Positions 1-12,094 of a stretch of 64,000 nt of DNA are shown here, in pieces. The notes beneath the pieces are model-generated. The model did not search any database and was not told where the DNA came from. It saw only the letters and a list, made by a program, of their open reading frames with translations. The position numbers and the translations under genes are program-made. Source of the stretch: Cyanophora paradoxa CCMP329 (Eukaryota; Plantae; Glaucophyta). Position 1 is the stretch's first letter. Each line of letters begins with the position of its first letter. The stretch lies in NCBI GenBank assembly GCA_004431415.1, contig QPMI01000195.1, positions 143,790 through 207,789 of the forward strand. The letters are read 5' to 3'.

Positions 1-2150
1 TGTCGTGCTGGGGGTACCGCAGGTGGGGAGGCAGGGCAGGAGGTGATCTCAGGGCGGGCGGGGCATTTTCCCCGTCTGGCGTCGGAGTGGGCCTGGAGGG
101 CAGATGCAGAGGCGAACCGAGTGCCGCAGGTGCAGGAGAAGTCAGACGTCCCGGCGGCGGGTCCTGCATCGGGCAGCTGGGGGAGGGGGGGCCTGGGTGA
201 GGGGGCGACGGGGAGTCGTGCAATTGCTTGGCGGAAGTTTTCCAAGAGAATCCATGGTTGGCCTTCCGAGCCCAAGTCGCAGCAGAAGTCGGTGATGGAG
301 ATGGTATCATGGAGGGAGGGGGCGGGGGAGGGCGGGGGGAGGGGGGACTGGGCGGCTGCACTAGAGGCGAGCGGGAGGGTTTGGAGTCTGCATGTTTGCG
401 GTACCGACGTTTGGTTCTGTCATTGATGCCGTGTCGGAGCTCCCAGGCGTGGTTGCGGGCGCAGCGGTCTCTCCAGATCGCACGGAGGTGTTGGTCGAGG
501 AGCAGCGCTAGGTCTTTTTGGATTGACGATGAGGTGGTCTTGTTGATGCCCAGAGCTGTGCAGAGGGCAGGCAGTCCTGCCGGGGTACCGAGGCGCAGGA
601 GAGCGAGGGCGGGGAAGGGAAGCATGTCAGCCAGGGCCGGGCTGAGTTTTTTCCATAGTGTATCGGCGAGGCCGGGGGGGCGGAAGAGAGCCGGATTTGC
701 GGTGGGGGAGAGAAGGGCGGAATGGAGGGGAGAGGCGGGGTCAGGAGAAACGAGGCGGAGGAAGGGGAAGAGTTGAAAGATGGTATCGTCGTGGCCTAGT
801 GGTTTGGGCGAGTGGCGGAGAACCCGGGTACGGAGGAAAGTCACGAGTGCGTCCTGGAAAGCTTGGAGAAGGAGGCGAGCGGCGGGGCAAGTGAATATGT
901 GGACGAAGTCTTCGGGGGGGTGGGTTGTGGGGTCGGGCGGTCCGGGGTCTGCGGCCACCGGTGGGGGAAGGGGCGAGGGGAGCCCGGGGGGTGCATGTGG
1001 CAGGGGCGGGGAGGGGGGGGTGGGAAGCAGCATCTTCGGGATGGGGGCAGGGGTGGGAGGGAGGTGACAGAAGGGCAGTGGGCGGTGCCGTCGGGGAAGA
1101 GAGGGCCGTAGAGGTCAGGGTCGTGGAGGAGGCGGATGGTGAGGAGGGAAGGCTTCCAAGCATGCATTGGAATCTGACTTTGCGGAGGTGGTCGCCTGTG
1201 GGGGTGCGGCGGTCCGGTGGCTTGTCGGACACTAGGGAGAGGGCTGGAGCGAGGGTAACATGGGGGTTGCTGAGGATGGCCCCCGCGTTGCGAAGTTGGC
1301 GCCAGTCAAGGTATTGGGAGAGGGAGGCTTCGGCTAGGAAGTGAGGGCGGGGGTCCCCCTCGACGCGGTACGCATGGAGTCTGCCTCGGTAGGGCTCGGC
1401 CCCGGGGACTGGGCCGTGGGATAGTGGGGGCGGGAGGCCAACACGGATGAGGAAGCATTTGAAACTGTGGGGAATGAAAAGAAGGGCGGAGAGAGGGGCG
1501 TCGGGGGCTGTTTTAGCAAGCTTGTCAACGGCGTCATTGTGGCGGTTGTCAGGGGTGTAGGCTGGGTTCGGGATACGATTCTTAGCCGGGGTGCGGGCCG
1601 CCTCTTTCTGTGCGGCTGTTTTGGATGTTTTGGCGGACCGTGGTTGTGGCAGGGTGGCTTCACGGTGAGCGGCTTCAGTTAGGATGGACGCCGCTTCGAG
1701 TGGGGTAGCGTGGGACGGCCGGAAGAGACGGCGCGCTGTGGCGGAGGCTTCGTTGCGAGCCAGGTCGGCGAGCTGAGAGGCGAGTTCTTGGGCGTAGCGG
1801 GCGCCGGGAGGGAGGGGGGTGGCGGGCCCTTCGGGGCGGGGCGGGGGAGACTCAAGCACAGTTGGGGAGCGCGGGAGGGCTGGATGGTTGGGAGAGGATG
1901 GTGGGGAGTCGAGGGTAGGGAGGGTGCCGCCGGTGGAGACTGGGGGGCGGCGCGGCGGATGGGTACGCCCGGGGAAGGTCGGCGGGGGCCGGAGGGCCGG
2001 GAGGGTTGGGCTGCAGCATAGGGGGTCAAGGGTGACGGACCCGTAGCAGAGGCTGAGGGCAATATATTCACGGTATCTGCGGAGCGCTGCAGCGTCGGCC
2101 TGAATGTAGGCTGGGGGGCGGGGCAGGTCCGACGGGGTAAGTGCTGAGGA
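1..2150 (-). mobile_element. Decayed non-LTR retrotransposon (LINE) 3' coding remnant: RNase H-like region plus C-terminal domain
   Basis: Minus-strand translation gives RNase H-like motifs (CYGSV, possibly a mutated DGS; LEAASIL; HNDAVDKLAK) and the LINE-type C-terminal motif IWRDRC...WELRHGI (~424-479). Frameshifts are present. A homologous copy lies at 36.7-37.4 kb. Confidence 0.65.
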
Positions 2151-2179
2151 GCGACTGAGTAGGTCAGCTGTGAGGAGGA

Positions 2180-3354
2180 GGAGTGGACCGCAGGCCGTGC
2201 TGTTTGGGGGCTGGAAACTCGTCGTCGTCGCCGCCCCCCCCGCCGCCGCTGCCGCCACCGCCGCCCTCCCTCCCCCTGGAGGCCCTTCCCCCGCGCAGCA
2301 CCCTCCTCCTCTTCCTCCTCCTCGCGATCCGCGCGCGCAGAGGGCCCGGCGCCGTCGCCCACCGTTGCCGCGCGGCCGTCCCGCGGCGCGGCCGCCGGGG
2401 AGAAGGAGAGCGGGGCGAGGGCCGGGCCGGGGAGCGCCGGGAGCTCGGGGTCGGGCCGGGCCGCCCAGGAGAGCACCGAGACGAGTTCGGGGTCGCAAGA
2501 GGAGGAGGCGGAAGAGGAGGAGGAGGAGGAGGAGGAAGAGGAGGAGGGGGAGGAGAGCGGGTCGTCCGCCGAGCGGCCCCGGAAACCGAAGCGCTTCCAC
2601 TGGCAGCGGCGCCGCCTCGACCCGGGGGACCAGATGGAGCTGGACCTCGCCCGGGGCGAGGGCCGCTACTGCGAGACCTGCAAGCGGGTAAGGAACTCCC
2701 CACCCGCGACCCCCCAAGCACGCGTGCCGCGCACCCTCACCGACTGTAGATCTTCCAGACGGCTCCGGCGGGAGCTGTTCCGGCGGGGCGAGCCGCACGC
2801 GGGCGAGGCGGGGAGGGGGCGCGGGGCACGGGCGAGGGCACGGGCGGGGTGCGGGGTCGTCCGCGGCCCTCCCCGCCCCCGTGCACGTCGCGCAGCCGGC
2901 TTCCGAGGGGCCCCCGCCTCCAACCTGGCACCTTCGGTGGGTCAGCGCGAGCCCGTACCCCCCCGGGCAGGTCGCGGCGGCGATGGCGACGCACTCGACG
3001 GACCCGCTCCCGCGGACGGTCTTTGCTCGGCTCGTCCAGACCGTGCGCCTCCCCAGCGGCAAGTTCGAGTCCCGCTGGGTCGTGCTGCGGCGCTTCGGGG
3101 CCTTCTGGACGCCGGGCTCCGAGGGCAGCGGGCGCGAGTGGAGGGGGGTACGGGCGCTCGCGCCCGTCGACTACGACGCGAGAAACGGGAGCGTGGACAT
3201 CAGGACGCCCGCCGCTCGCATCTCCGACCTCCTCGGGCTCGGCTCCGGCACGCGGGCGCCGTCGCCGCCGCCTCCGCGGTCCGGGGAGGGAGCCTGGGGC
3301 GAGGGAGGGGCCTTTCGGCCGCGGGGCCGGCCCCGGAAGCGCCCGGGTACCTGA
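2180..3354 (+). CDS. Spliced gene or gene fragment with acidic E-run, CxxC (YCETCKR|IF) and C-terminal AT-hook (RPRGRPRK)
   Basis: GTAAGG...CTCAC...TGTAG intron at 2688-2748. ORF 2881-3354 has a globular-looking segment ending in an AT-hook. A frameshift near 2800-2880 is needed to join the parts, and no start codon was identified. Confidence 0.45.
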
Positions 3355-4474
3355 CTCGGGGGGTCGGTTCGGGTCCCAGCGCCCCAGGCTTGCGGACGCA
3401 GCCGGCGCGGTGCGCACCATCGGATCCGCCGTGCTCGAAAGGGGCGGGCAAAACTTCAACGGGGTCCTGGGGCGAAGGTCGGCTCCGGAGGGGGGGGGGT
3501 ACGGGTACTTTGTGCGCACCCCCACGGCGTGCCGCACATCGTTCGATCGGGAATGACAAGGAGAGTGCGGAGAGGCGGTCGGCGGGCCTCGGGGGCGCCG
3601 GTGTCGAGGGGTAGATTGAAAAAACTGCGCGGGGCCGGTCTCGGGACGGGATGGGCGGCAGCGCGGGGCCGGAGGGGCGAGCTTAAAGCGCACCGACGGT
3701 GCTGGGCACAACCGGAGCGCCCCGACCCGCGATCGGGCGCGGTCGGGGCGACCCGCGGGGCGCCTGGGTCGGGGGAGGCGGCTGCGACTCCTGCGAGCCA
3801 GGTCAGAGCGTAGCGGTGTGGAATCGGTGCTGAAATCGCACGCGGGCACGCCTCGTCCTCGGGAACGCGTGGGGAGCAGTCGGATGGCGCGGTCGAGCGG
3901 GCTGCGACGGATCGAGGAGCACGTGGGCGCGAGGGAAGAGCGATCGGGATGGATCGGGGCGCCAGGCGCCGTCGGCCGCTCGCTGTGCGCCGATCGGTGC
4001 GCTCGGGGGTTGGGGCGCCGGGAACAGCACGTTCGAAGCACTTGAATGTGGACGACCAGGCCCGCTGCGTCCGCAGCAAACACGAATCTTTGCGCGAGAG
4101 CTCCCGGGGGTACGCGGCAGCGGGCGGGGTACAAGGGGATAGTGCTCTGGGGATGCCCGGTCCGCCTGTAGTGTGCGTAAAGCTTAAGGCTGACGAACCC
4201 ACAAAGTACGATTGGCCGGCCGTCGAGGCACCTCGGAGCCGAGCCGTCACGAGGTCCGCGCAGCCGCACGCCCGGACGTGCTCTATCGCCCCCGATCCGC
4301 CGCGCATCGTTGAACGGTCCGCCAGGGGACCGCCTCGACCGCCTGCGCGGCTCCGCCTCGCCGCGGCGGTTATCGTTGCGAGGTGAGCGGCGCGGGATGC
4401 TAGTTAACTTACTTAGTAAAACACTTAAGCAATGCGCGCATGCGCACTAGTACTGAATGCGGTATAACTCTGTA

Positions 4475-4516
4475 CCAGATTAATGCGTTTTCTGCAACGA
4501 AAACGCATTAATTTGG
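4475..4516. repeat. Near-perfect ~18-bp hairpin of the TTAATGCG repeat family (probable DNA-transposon/MITE remnant)
   Basis: CCAGATTAATGCGTTTTC...GAAAACGCATTAATTTGG. Related TTAATGCG motifs occur at 44300-44430 and 46075-46110. Confidence 0.55.
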
Positions 4517-4834
4517 TACCGCTTAATATCAAAACGCTAAGAAACCGCTGTAACCCCCTGCCTTTCAAGTGCGTGTTATCGGCCGCGGCGGCCGTGGCCA
4601 CGGGCCCATGGCGACTCACCGCAATCGTCCGAATCATCAGTGTCAACGGTGTCTAATCGCTCTTCTATCTACTAGGCTACTTATACTTCGGCCCCCACCC
4701 CCGGTTGCGAGCGTGGCCCCCGGAGGATACGGAAGCTGCCAGCAAGCTTTAGTGCCACGCGCCCGGCCTGGACAAGTAGAGATGTATCCCCCCTCTGTCT
4801 CTGACGAAGGGCCGAGGGGAGCGGGGGGTGGCAC

Positions 4835-6103
4835 GCGGGGGGCCCACCGGCTCCACCTCCGCCTCGTCCTCGGCATCGGCCTCGAGCTCCTCGGTCTCCT
4901 TTGCGTCGAGTGCCCGCGCAGCGACTCGATCACCGACTGGTGCCGCGCCCACGTCAGGGAAAAAAGAAGGGGGGGGAAGAAGGGAAGGGGGGGGGGGAAA
5001 GGACCTCGCGGTCCGCGAGCTCGCCGCGGAGCTGCGCATGCCGCGCCTGTGCCTTCAGCTTCCCGAGCTCCACCTGTACCCCCCGGGCCCGGCCCGGCCC
5101 CGCTCAGCTCGAGGCCGAGCGGAGGAGGCGGCGGGGTGGGGACCTGCGAGGCGGTGCAGGTGACGCAGCGCAAGGACTGGCCCGCCTGACCCGCGTCCGA
5201 CGAGCGCCGCCGCGCCGCCCGCGCCTGCCAGGGCGCCGGCCCCCGTCAGCGCTCGTTGTAATCATCACGCAGTCAATTAAGATCGTGAAACAGAAAAGAA
5301 GAAGATGATGATGAAGAAATTCAAAGCAATCTAGATCTTCTCTCAAATGTTATCCTGCGGCCCGTTCGTTCGCGCCCCCCCCCCCCCCCCCCCCCCCCCC
5401 CCCGCCGGCCGCACCTGCCGCTTCAGCGCCTCCACCTCGTCCTCCAGCGCCGCGAGCCGCTGCGGCGAGGGCGGGGCGGGGCGCGTCGCGTCGGGTCGGG
5501 TCGCGTCGGGCGGGGCAGGGCGGGCGGGCGGGGCCAGGGCGCGGGCCGGAGGCGGCTAAAGACATGTATTCATCATAGAAGCGAGGCTAAATTTATATAC
5601 GATAGATCACATATATACAAAGCGGGCGGGCGGCTTGGCGGACCTCGCGGTCCCTCTGGAGGGTGGCGACCCCATCATGAAAGCGGGGCTCGGATTTGTA
5701 TGAGATAGATCACGCATACTAAAGACGTTTATATGTTTACGGCGCCTTTGCGTTTATATGTTTACGGCGCCTTTACATGTTATGCCATAGAAGCGGGGAT
5801 CAGATTTTATAGGAAGATCAGACAGGGCGGACCTCGCGGTCCCTTTGGAGGGCGGCGACCTCGGCCTCCAACGCCGCCTGCTTCTGCGGGCGCGGCGGGG
5901 GCGGCTCGGGCGGGGGCGGGGGCGAGCTTGAAGGCGGAACCACAGAAGGATTCGCATCGAAATCTCTTGCGGCGCCTGACTAGGCGCTCGACGGGTGCTA
6001 TCGTGGCATCTCCGAGGCTCTTGGGGCGGCTCGGGCGAGTGCGAAACCAGAGGGGGATTCCCTCGAGGGGGATCTCTCGCGGTGCCTATAGTTGCTATGT
6101 CGT
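4835..6103 (-). pseudogene. Duplicated fragment (several exons plus introns) of the 3' part of the giant coiled-coil gene
   Basis: Collinear high similarity to ~51755-52848, including introns (exons QSLRCVTCTASQ, VQVELGKLKAQAR, RLAALEDEVEALKRQ). There is a 1-bp indel near 4918 relative to the source. Confidence 0.85.
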
Positions 6104-6117
6104 CACGCGCGGCGCAG

Positions 6118-6362
6118 CGACGCGATGGTGCCGACGCACGTCACGCGGACGACGGCGGAGCCGCGGCCCAACGCATACATCCCTGACGAGATTGGTCCGC
6201 GCCCGTGCGGGCCCTTTGCGGGCCCGTCCTCTGACGCGCAAGCGTACCCCCCGCGCAGGCATCCCGAAGCCGTACGGGTCGCAGGCGCCGTTCAAGCCGT
6301 CGGACCTGGCCGCGCAGGGCCGCTACTACAGGAAACCGCAGGCCCGCGAGATCATCATATAG
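6118..6362 (+). pseudogene. CCDC146: Orphan last two exons of the ciliary coiled-coil protein CCDC146/MBO2
   Basis: Splicing the GT-AG intron 6195-6258 gives TTAEPRPNAYIPDEIGIPKPYGSQAPFKPSDLAAQGRYYRKPQAREIII*. This matches my recollection of the conserved CCDC146/MBO2 C-terminus (TTAExRPNAYIP...PKPYG..APFKP). No upstream exons are present. Confidence 0.75.
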
Positions 6363-7123
6363 CGCCCCGCCCCTCGTCCTCGCTCGGCCCCCCGCCCCTT
6401 CGATCATCCGGCCGCCCTCCCGTCCCCCGTACCCCTTTCTCTTCGTGGCCCCCGTCTCCCCTCCCCTCCCCCTCCCCCCCACCCCCACCCCCCACCGCGC
6501 ACCCCGAACACTCCCCCGGGCCCGTGTTTTTTCTCGAGTACAGACCCGCCTTCGGCGCCTCCCCTCCGAACGCACTGACTGCTCCGATCCGAATCTCGCG
6601 ATGTCGATCGGTGCACGTGCTGCGGCCCCGCTAGCGCTGCGCGTGCTCGGGTGATCCATGCCGGGGTGATTATGATCATGAGCTAGCTTCGAGAAGCCCG
6701 AAGCCCAACGTCCACTGCAACGTCGACCGCGCGAGATCCCCATCAAGAGCACGAGAGCGTCGACGTCCGACGGTCCTTCGAATTCGAATCGAATTAAGCC
6801 GGCGCCTCGTCTGCAGGAAGAGCGCTAGCAAGGCTAGATCACCTCGCGATCATTGCTGCGACTTTATTCACTTCCTTCAATCTATGCTGCACGTGGCCAT
6901 GGTACTATAGTGCGCTGCAAAACTAGAATCGAAAAACGAAAGCGAAAGAGCTGTTCGACATCGACTACGATACTATGATATTAGTGTCGATATCAATGCC
7001 GCATTTATTGCATATGTGAATGCAGCGAGGCATCTACGGTAGATTACTGATCATGATTTATAAATACGGGCTTGCAGAAATGCACCTGATCATGAGCATA
7101 TGCATGCGCAGCAATCATCATGA

Positions 7124-10100
7124 TCAGTACTGAATTGCATTGAAGCCGAGAATCATGATCAGTCCCATGGCCAGAAGACCCTGCGACGACACGTGATCAA
7201 ATGCATGCGCGAATCAACTCCAGAATCTCATTGCAGAGAGCTCACCACGGGTGACTGCGCATGCAGCGAGGCAGCAGCGTTCGGCCAGTAGGGGACGTTG
7301 GTTGCCGAGGTGCTTGGCGTCCAGCGGAAGGCCTGCCAAATAGGTGTTAGCTATGGCGGCATGAAATCGAAATTACAAAGAACGGATGGAGAACTCGCGT
7401 TTGCAAAGACGATAGGAGCGAACGGGGTCTGGCCAGGGGCGGCTTCAATCTCGAGGTTGTACTGCGTTGCGCGATTGGGTCAGATGACTTCGATTTCCAC
7501 AGACCCAGGCCGAAAATCGAACCGCGGTGTTAGTGGAAAACAGCAGGTGGCGGCGTGCCAACTTGGGGGCCTCTGCAATGAGACCGTCGTGAGGAGTTCC
7601 TAGATTGGGCGAACCAATAAAATGTACTATATATTTCATTAGAACGCACTGAATCTCAGAACCACGCCTGAGTCGCTTTCGGTTACGCTAACATCCGTGG
7701 CTTGAAGCCTGTTGCCGGCATTGTCGGAGATGAAAACGACGACTTGCCGCCGGTCTGCCTGTCGACGTCGACATCGAGCTCGAGTCAGTTGCAGGTCGAT
7801 ATCATCGCGCGCGGAATCTCAATTGCAAGGTAAATTTTAGAAGCTTTCTAACCGGAAGCAAAGTGCCGATAGAGAGGGTGACGAAGTCGGAAGATCCACC
7901 CTGCCAACGTCAACGGTAAATTGATATCGCACGCATCTTTCGTAGACTTGCAGTTACCTGAGGCGCCTGAGCGATGACTTCCCCAAGGTTGAGTTTGTAG
8001 ATTGTGCGGCCCTTGGAGTCCTGCGGAATGATCGTGGGATTAATTTGCGTAGTCAGATATATATATCCCTCCAACATTAATTGCAAAATCTCACCGTCTC
8101 CTTAACAAACTGAGAGATGTTGAACTGTTCGATCGCGAAGTACGGAACGGCGTCAGAGGAGCTTGCAATTGCAATTGGTCGAGGTTGCAATTGCAAGCGC
8201 TATCTTATAATTATACCAAGGAGATATTTGATTTAAATTTTTGGCGGTAGACATTTATACCGATTTGCCGTTGACGAGCACGGAGGCGGATCCGGAGCTG
8301 AAGATCGGCTGCGAAAGCAATATCAATTAGTTCAACAAGAGTTTCTCCTGTAGGATTTTAATCTGCATATGTGGATCGGAGTACACCAGAGGCGGGATGG
8401 GCGTCGGCGAAGGCGACGGCGTTGCGACGGTCGACGATGGAGGCAGCGCGGTCGGCGTTGCGGTCGCGACCGGGGGCTCGCTGCAAGGGGCCCCAAGCCC
8501 GGGGCCGGTTGGCCAACAGCAATTCACACATGCATATGCGCGTGCGGGGTTCGTGATCACCTTGACGGGAGTTGGGTAGGCGACGGAATGACGCTTGCCG
8601 AAGGCGTCGGGGTTGGCGAGCTCGAGAGCTCGAGGCTCGAGCTCGGAGACGGGCTGGGCGACGGGCTGGGGCTGGGAGACGGGCTGGGCGACGGGCTGGG
8701 CGAAGGAGTCGCAACGCAGTTGACTGTTTATAGCTTTCGTAAGCATATATATATGCGCTAATTAAAAGCATGAAATGTCAAATGACGTGCGAACCGGTGA
8801 TGGTCGAATTGAACCCGCCTGCGGCCCCAGATTCGTCGTCGGTGAGACTCTGATAGCGGCGGTCGGAGTTGAACAACACCAGCATTCGATTGGTCGCCGT
8901 CAGGGTGCCAATCTCAGTCGCGTTCGGTTGTACCACGTACGGGTCTGCGTCGGTTGTGGCGCCATACCCGGTCGCGCTTCCGACTGAGGCAATCGATGTG
9001 CTGTTCAGCTCGTATAGCTGCAATTGCAAGGGGAGCAAGTTTTAAACGATGATCATGAACCCGAACGTAGTTTACAGGGCGCCGGCGCGCAAGCGCACGC
9101 ACGTAAACCGGGTCGCAGGCGGGCGAGCAGCTCGACTCAAAGTCCATAGCAGTGAACGTCATATGCAGAGTGCTGCTCGAGGCGCAGTAGCTCGGGAGCC
9201 TGACATCCCTGTCGCCGGCATTACACACATCTTAAGCTTGACTAGCAGATTATGCGATACCAAAGGCGCACCACAAAGCCAAAAGGTTTCGAGGGTACGG
9301 GCTGTAACCGATGTACGTTGTTGTTCCCGGTGTCGCGACTACCGTGTTCGGTGCAAAAGTTCCGATATAAGCGTTGTCGTCGGCATCGACGAATGCAGCG
9401 GGAACTGTTGCAAGCGTTGCAGGAGACGAAGCAGCCACTGCGCGTGCGCGTGCGCGCCGCGGCGCGATCGTCATGATCGGCACCGGTACCGCACCGCGCG
9501 CGGCAGGTGCACGTGCACAAGCTTAAGCTTAAGTGGATTCAGATGTTTGTGATATTTAGAACGATTAATCCTTGAAGGATCATCGGATATATACATATAT
9601 ATGATCGATATTCTGTGATATGAGATATTATATAATTAATCGTAGATATCGATCGCCGAGACGAACCGCTCGACTTGGGTGCAGACCAGTAACGCGACGC
9701 GAAGGATTGACTCCGGTACGCAGTGAATATGTACACGAAAAGAGTTGCGCTGTTACTCGTGTATGCTGTGCCGTTTTCGGCGTTGGCTGCCAGCAGTACA
9801 GGAGGACTGACACCTGTCACGTCCGGTTGCAATCGCCTCGTTGTGAGTTGCAAGAGATTGAAGGCTCAAAGAACAAAACAAAGTGTCGAACCGATGTCTA
9901 TGACCTGTCGAAGGAAATCAAACGTAAGTCGCCAGCTGCAGCAGATCTAGATCTAGAGATCTAGATGTTCGGATCGGAGTGATCATAAGCATGACATGTC
10001 GCGAGCTACAAATTTATGCATACTCTCGTGCGCATGCGCACCCGGATAGCGTTGTCTTGTCTGCCGTTGCTCGTGGTCGCCGCTATCGAGACAAATTCAA

Positions 10101-10444
10101 TTTGGACGACATCGCCATCCGTTGCAGCAGTGATCGTCCTGCTCGGGGGTTCGGGCTTACGGGAATGGGCTTGCGATTGCGGGCGACTGCATATATATTC
10201 ATGCGCATGTGCGGCCTGCACGCGCAGCTGACCATCCAGGTGCGCTTCCGTCGCTGTTGTATGTGGCGTTGAGCCACGCGGGCGTCGAAGTAGCGAAAAG
10301 CGCCCCTGGCGCCGTTCCGGCCGTGATCTGGGCGACGGCAGCGGGCACCATGGCCAGGAGGGCGACGCAGACGACGCTGAGCATGAACGTTAACCATGAC
10401 CCGCAGGCCGGAGCCATATGCATCTTGAGCTTAAACTTCGCCAT
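7124..10444 (-). CDS. Multi-exon secreted/surface glycoprotein: signal peptide, CUB-like domains, (SP)n/TP rod, C-terminal beta-rich domain, possible hydrophobic tail
   Basis: Signal peptide FMLSVVCVALLAMVPAAVAQ. CUB-like motifs (WTITAATDGDVVQIEF; LHMTFTAMDFESSCSPACDPVYV; MLVLFNSD...GGFNSTI). SPSPSP tract at 8640-8710. Many short GT-AG introns. Exon boundaries and 3' end are approximate. Confidence 0.6.
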
Positions 10445-11100
10445 GGCTTCAAGGCGTGCACGTGAATCTTTCGATCGAGATCTGCAGATCTAGATCTAAA
10501 TTCTAGAACGATATCGATGTGTTTATCTAGCCGCTGAGCTGCGCTTCCGAAGTTCGTATCATATATTATAACCTAGGCGCCGGCCTGCAGCTGCGGCTGT
10601 ACATGTGTAGTACTACGGTACAGTGTACATGTACATGTAGACCGCCAGACTCGGCGGAGTCACTAGTACTGGAGTTGTGTGACTGGAGTCACTGGACCGT
10701 CGGACTCATCATGATCAGTGGAGTCGACCGGACTCACGGGCCGTCACGGCCGCCGCGCCGGCGCCGGCGGCGCGGCCCCGGACTCGGGGAGTCGACGTCG
10801 GGGTCCCGGGCCTCCCGGCCTGGGAGTCCCGGGCGGGCCCCGGGCCCCGGCCCCCGGGGAGTCGGCGGGGAGTCGCGGGGCTGACTCGCGGGCCGTCGCG
10901 GCCGGACTCGCGGACCCGCGGCCCGACTCCCGAGTCCCGACTCCCGAGTCCCGCCCGACTCGCGGCCGGAGTCGCGGCCCGGCGGGGACTCGCCGGGGAG
11001 TCGGGGACGTCGACTCGGCGTCGAGTCGGCGACTCGGCGGGGCGGCGCCGCGGCGGGGCCGGCTAGAGTCTGGTGAATCTGCTGACTCACTGCTGACTCA

Positions 11101-11414
11101 GGCTGAAATCCGGTAGGGCGTTTTTGGCCAAAGCTTAGCTAATCGCAGGTACTTAGCGCTTTTGCAGAGAGGTACCATTACGTCATTACGGAACATGTTA
11201 GAGGTTTTACAAGCTAGCGAAGTGCGATTTGGTAACTTTCTTGGCGCCGGTATGGCCATACCGGCGCCAAGGCCAACTTCGCTAGCTTCAAGCAAACCTC
11301 TACGATGCTGCTCCTAGTAATTCGCTAGGAGTCGGACTAGTCCGAGTCGGAACTAAGCTAGCGACGAAAGCTTAAGCTAAAACCGCTTAAGAAATCCCCT
11401 ACCGGATTTCAGCC
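11101..11414. mobile_element. MITE, PIF/Harbinger-like
   Basis: 18-bp TIR GGCTGAAATCCGGTAGGG / CCCTACCGGATTTCAGCC flanked by a 3-bp TSD TCA (11098-11100, 11415-11417). Confidence 0.85.
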
Positions 11415-12094
11415 TCAGTGCTGAATCACTGCTACTACTAGTCTGCTAGCTATAGACTATAGTGCACGTGCTGACTCACTGGCAGTCAGTGCCAGTCACT
11501 GCTGAGTCACTGCTGACTATAGCTACCGACTAGAATTAATATCATAGTATTACCGCGCTGACATATATAACACGTATCATAGTATACCCCGTCCCCACAG
11601 TGCTGGAGTACTAGCTGTGGCCGGTAATATTAAATCACCAAAACAAAAGCTAGCGGAGCCTTGCATGCGCTGCCGGCGCCAAATTACCGCGCTAAAAATA
11701 TCTAGAACGCGCCGGCGGTAATTAATTTGGGCTCCGAACCTCCGACTCCCGCGGCCGGAGTGACGGCGGAGTCCCCGAGTCCGAATCTGTCATGTCCCGG
11801 CATGTCCGATCGATCGCGACGGTCCCGGACTCCCGGCGGCGATGACTCGGCGATGAGTCCGCCGGCCGATGACTCCGATCGATATCCGATCATCGGATGA
11901 TCCTCCGACTCGGGAACCTCCGAGTCTCCGACTCGGGAATGACTGTCGAATTTCTGAGTTCGGGGTAAGCGTTTCCGGAGTTGTTTTACGTTTTTTTCCA
12001 TCATTACTGAATCAACAATTGCCAAAAGCAAGTTGCTGTTCGCCTCTACAAAAAACACTACAATTTCCAAATTTCAACCAAGTTGCCAAGTTGT

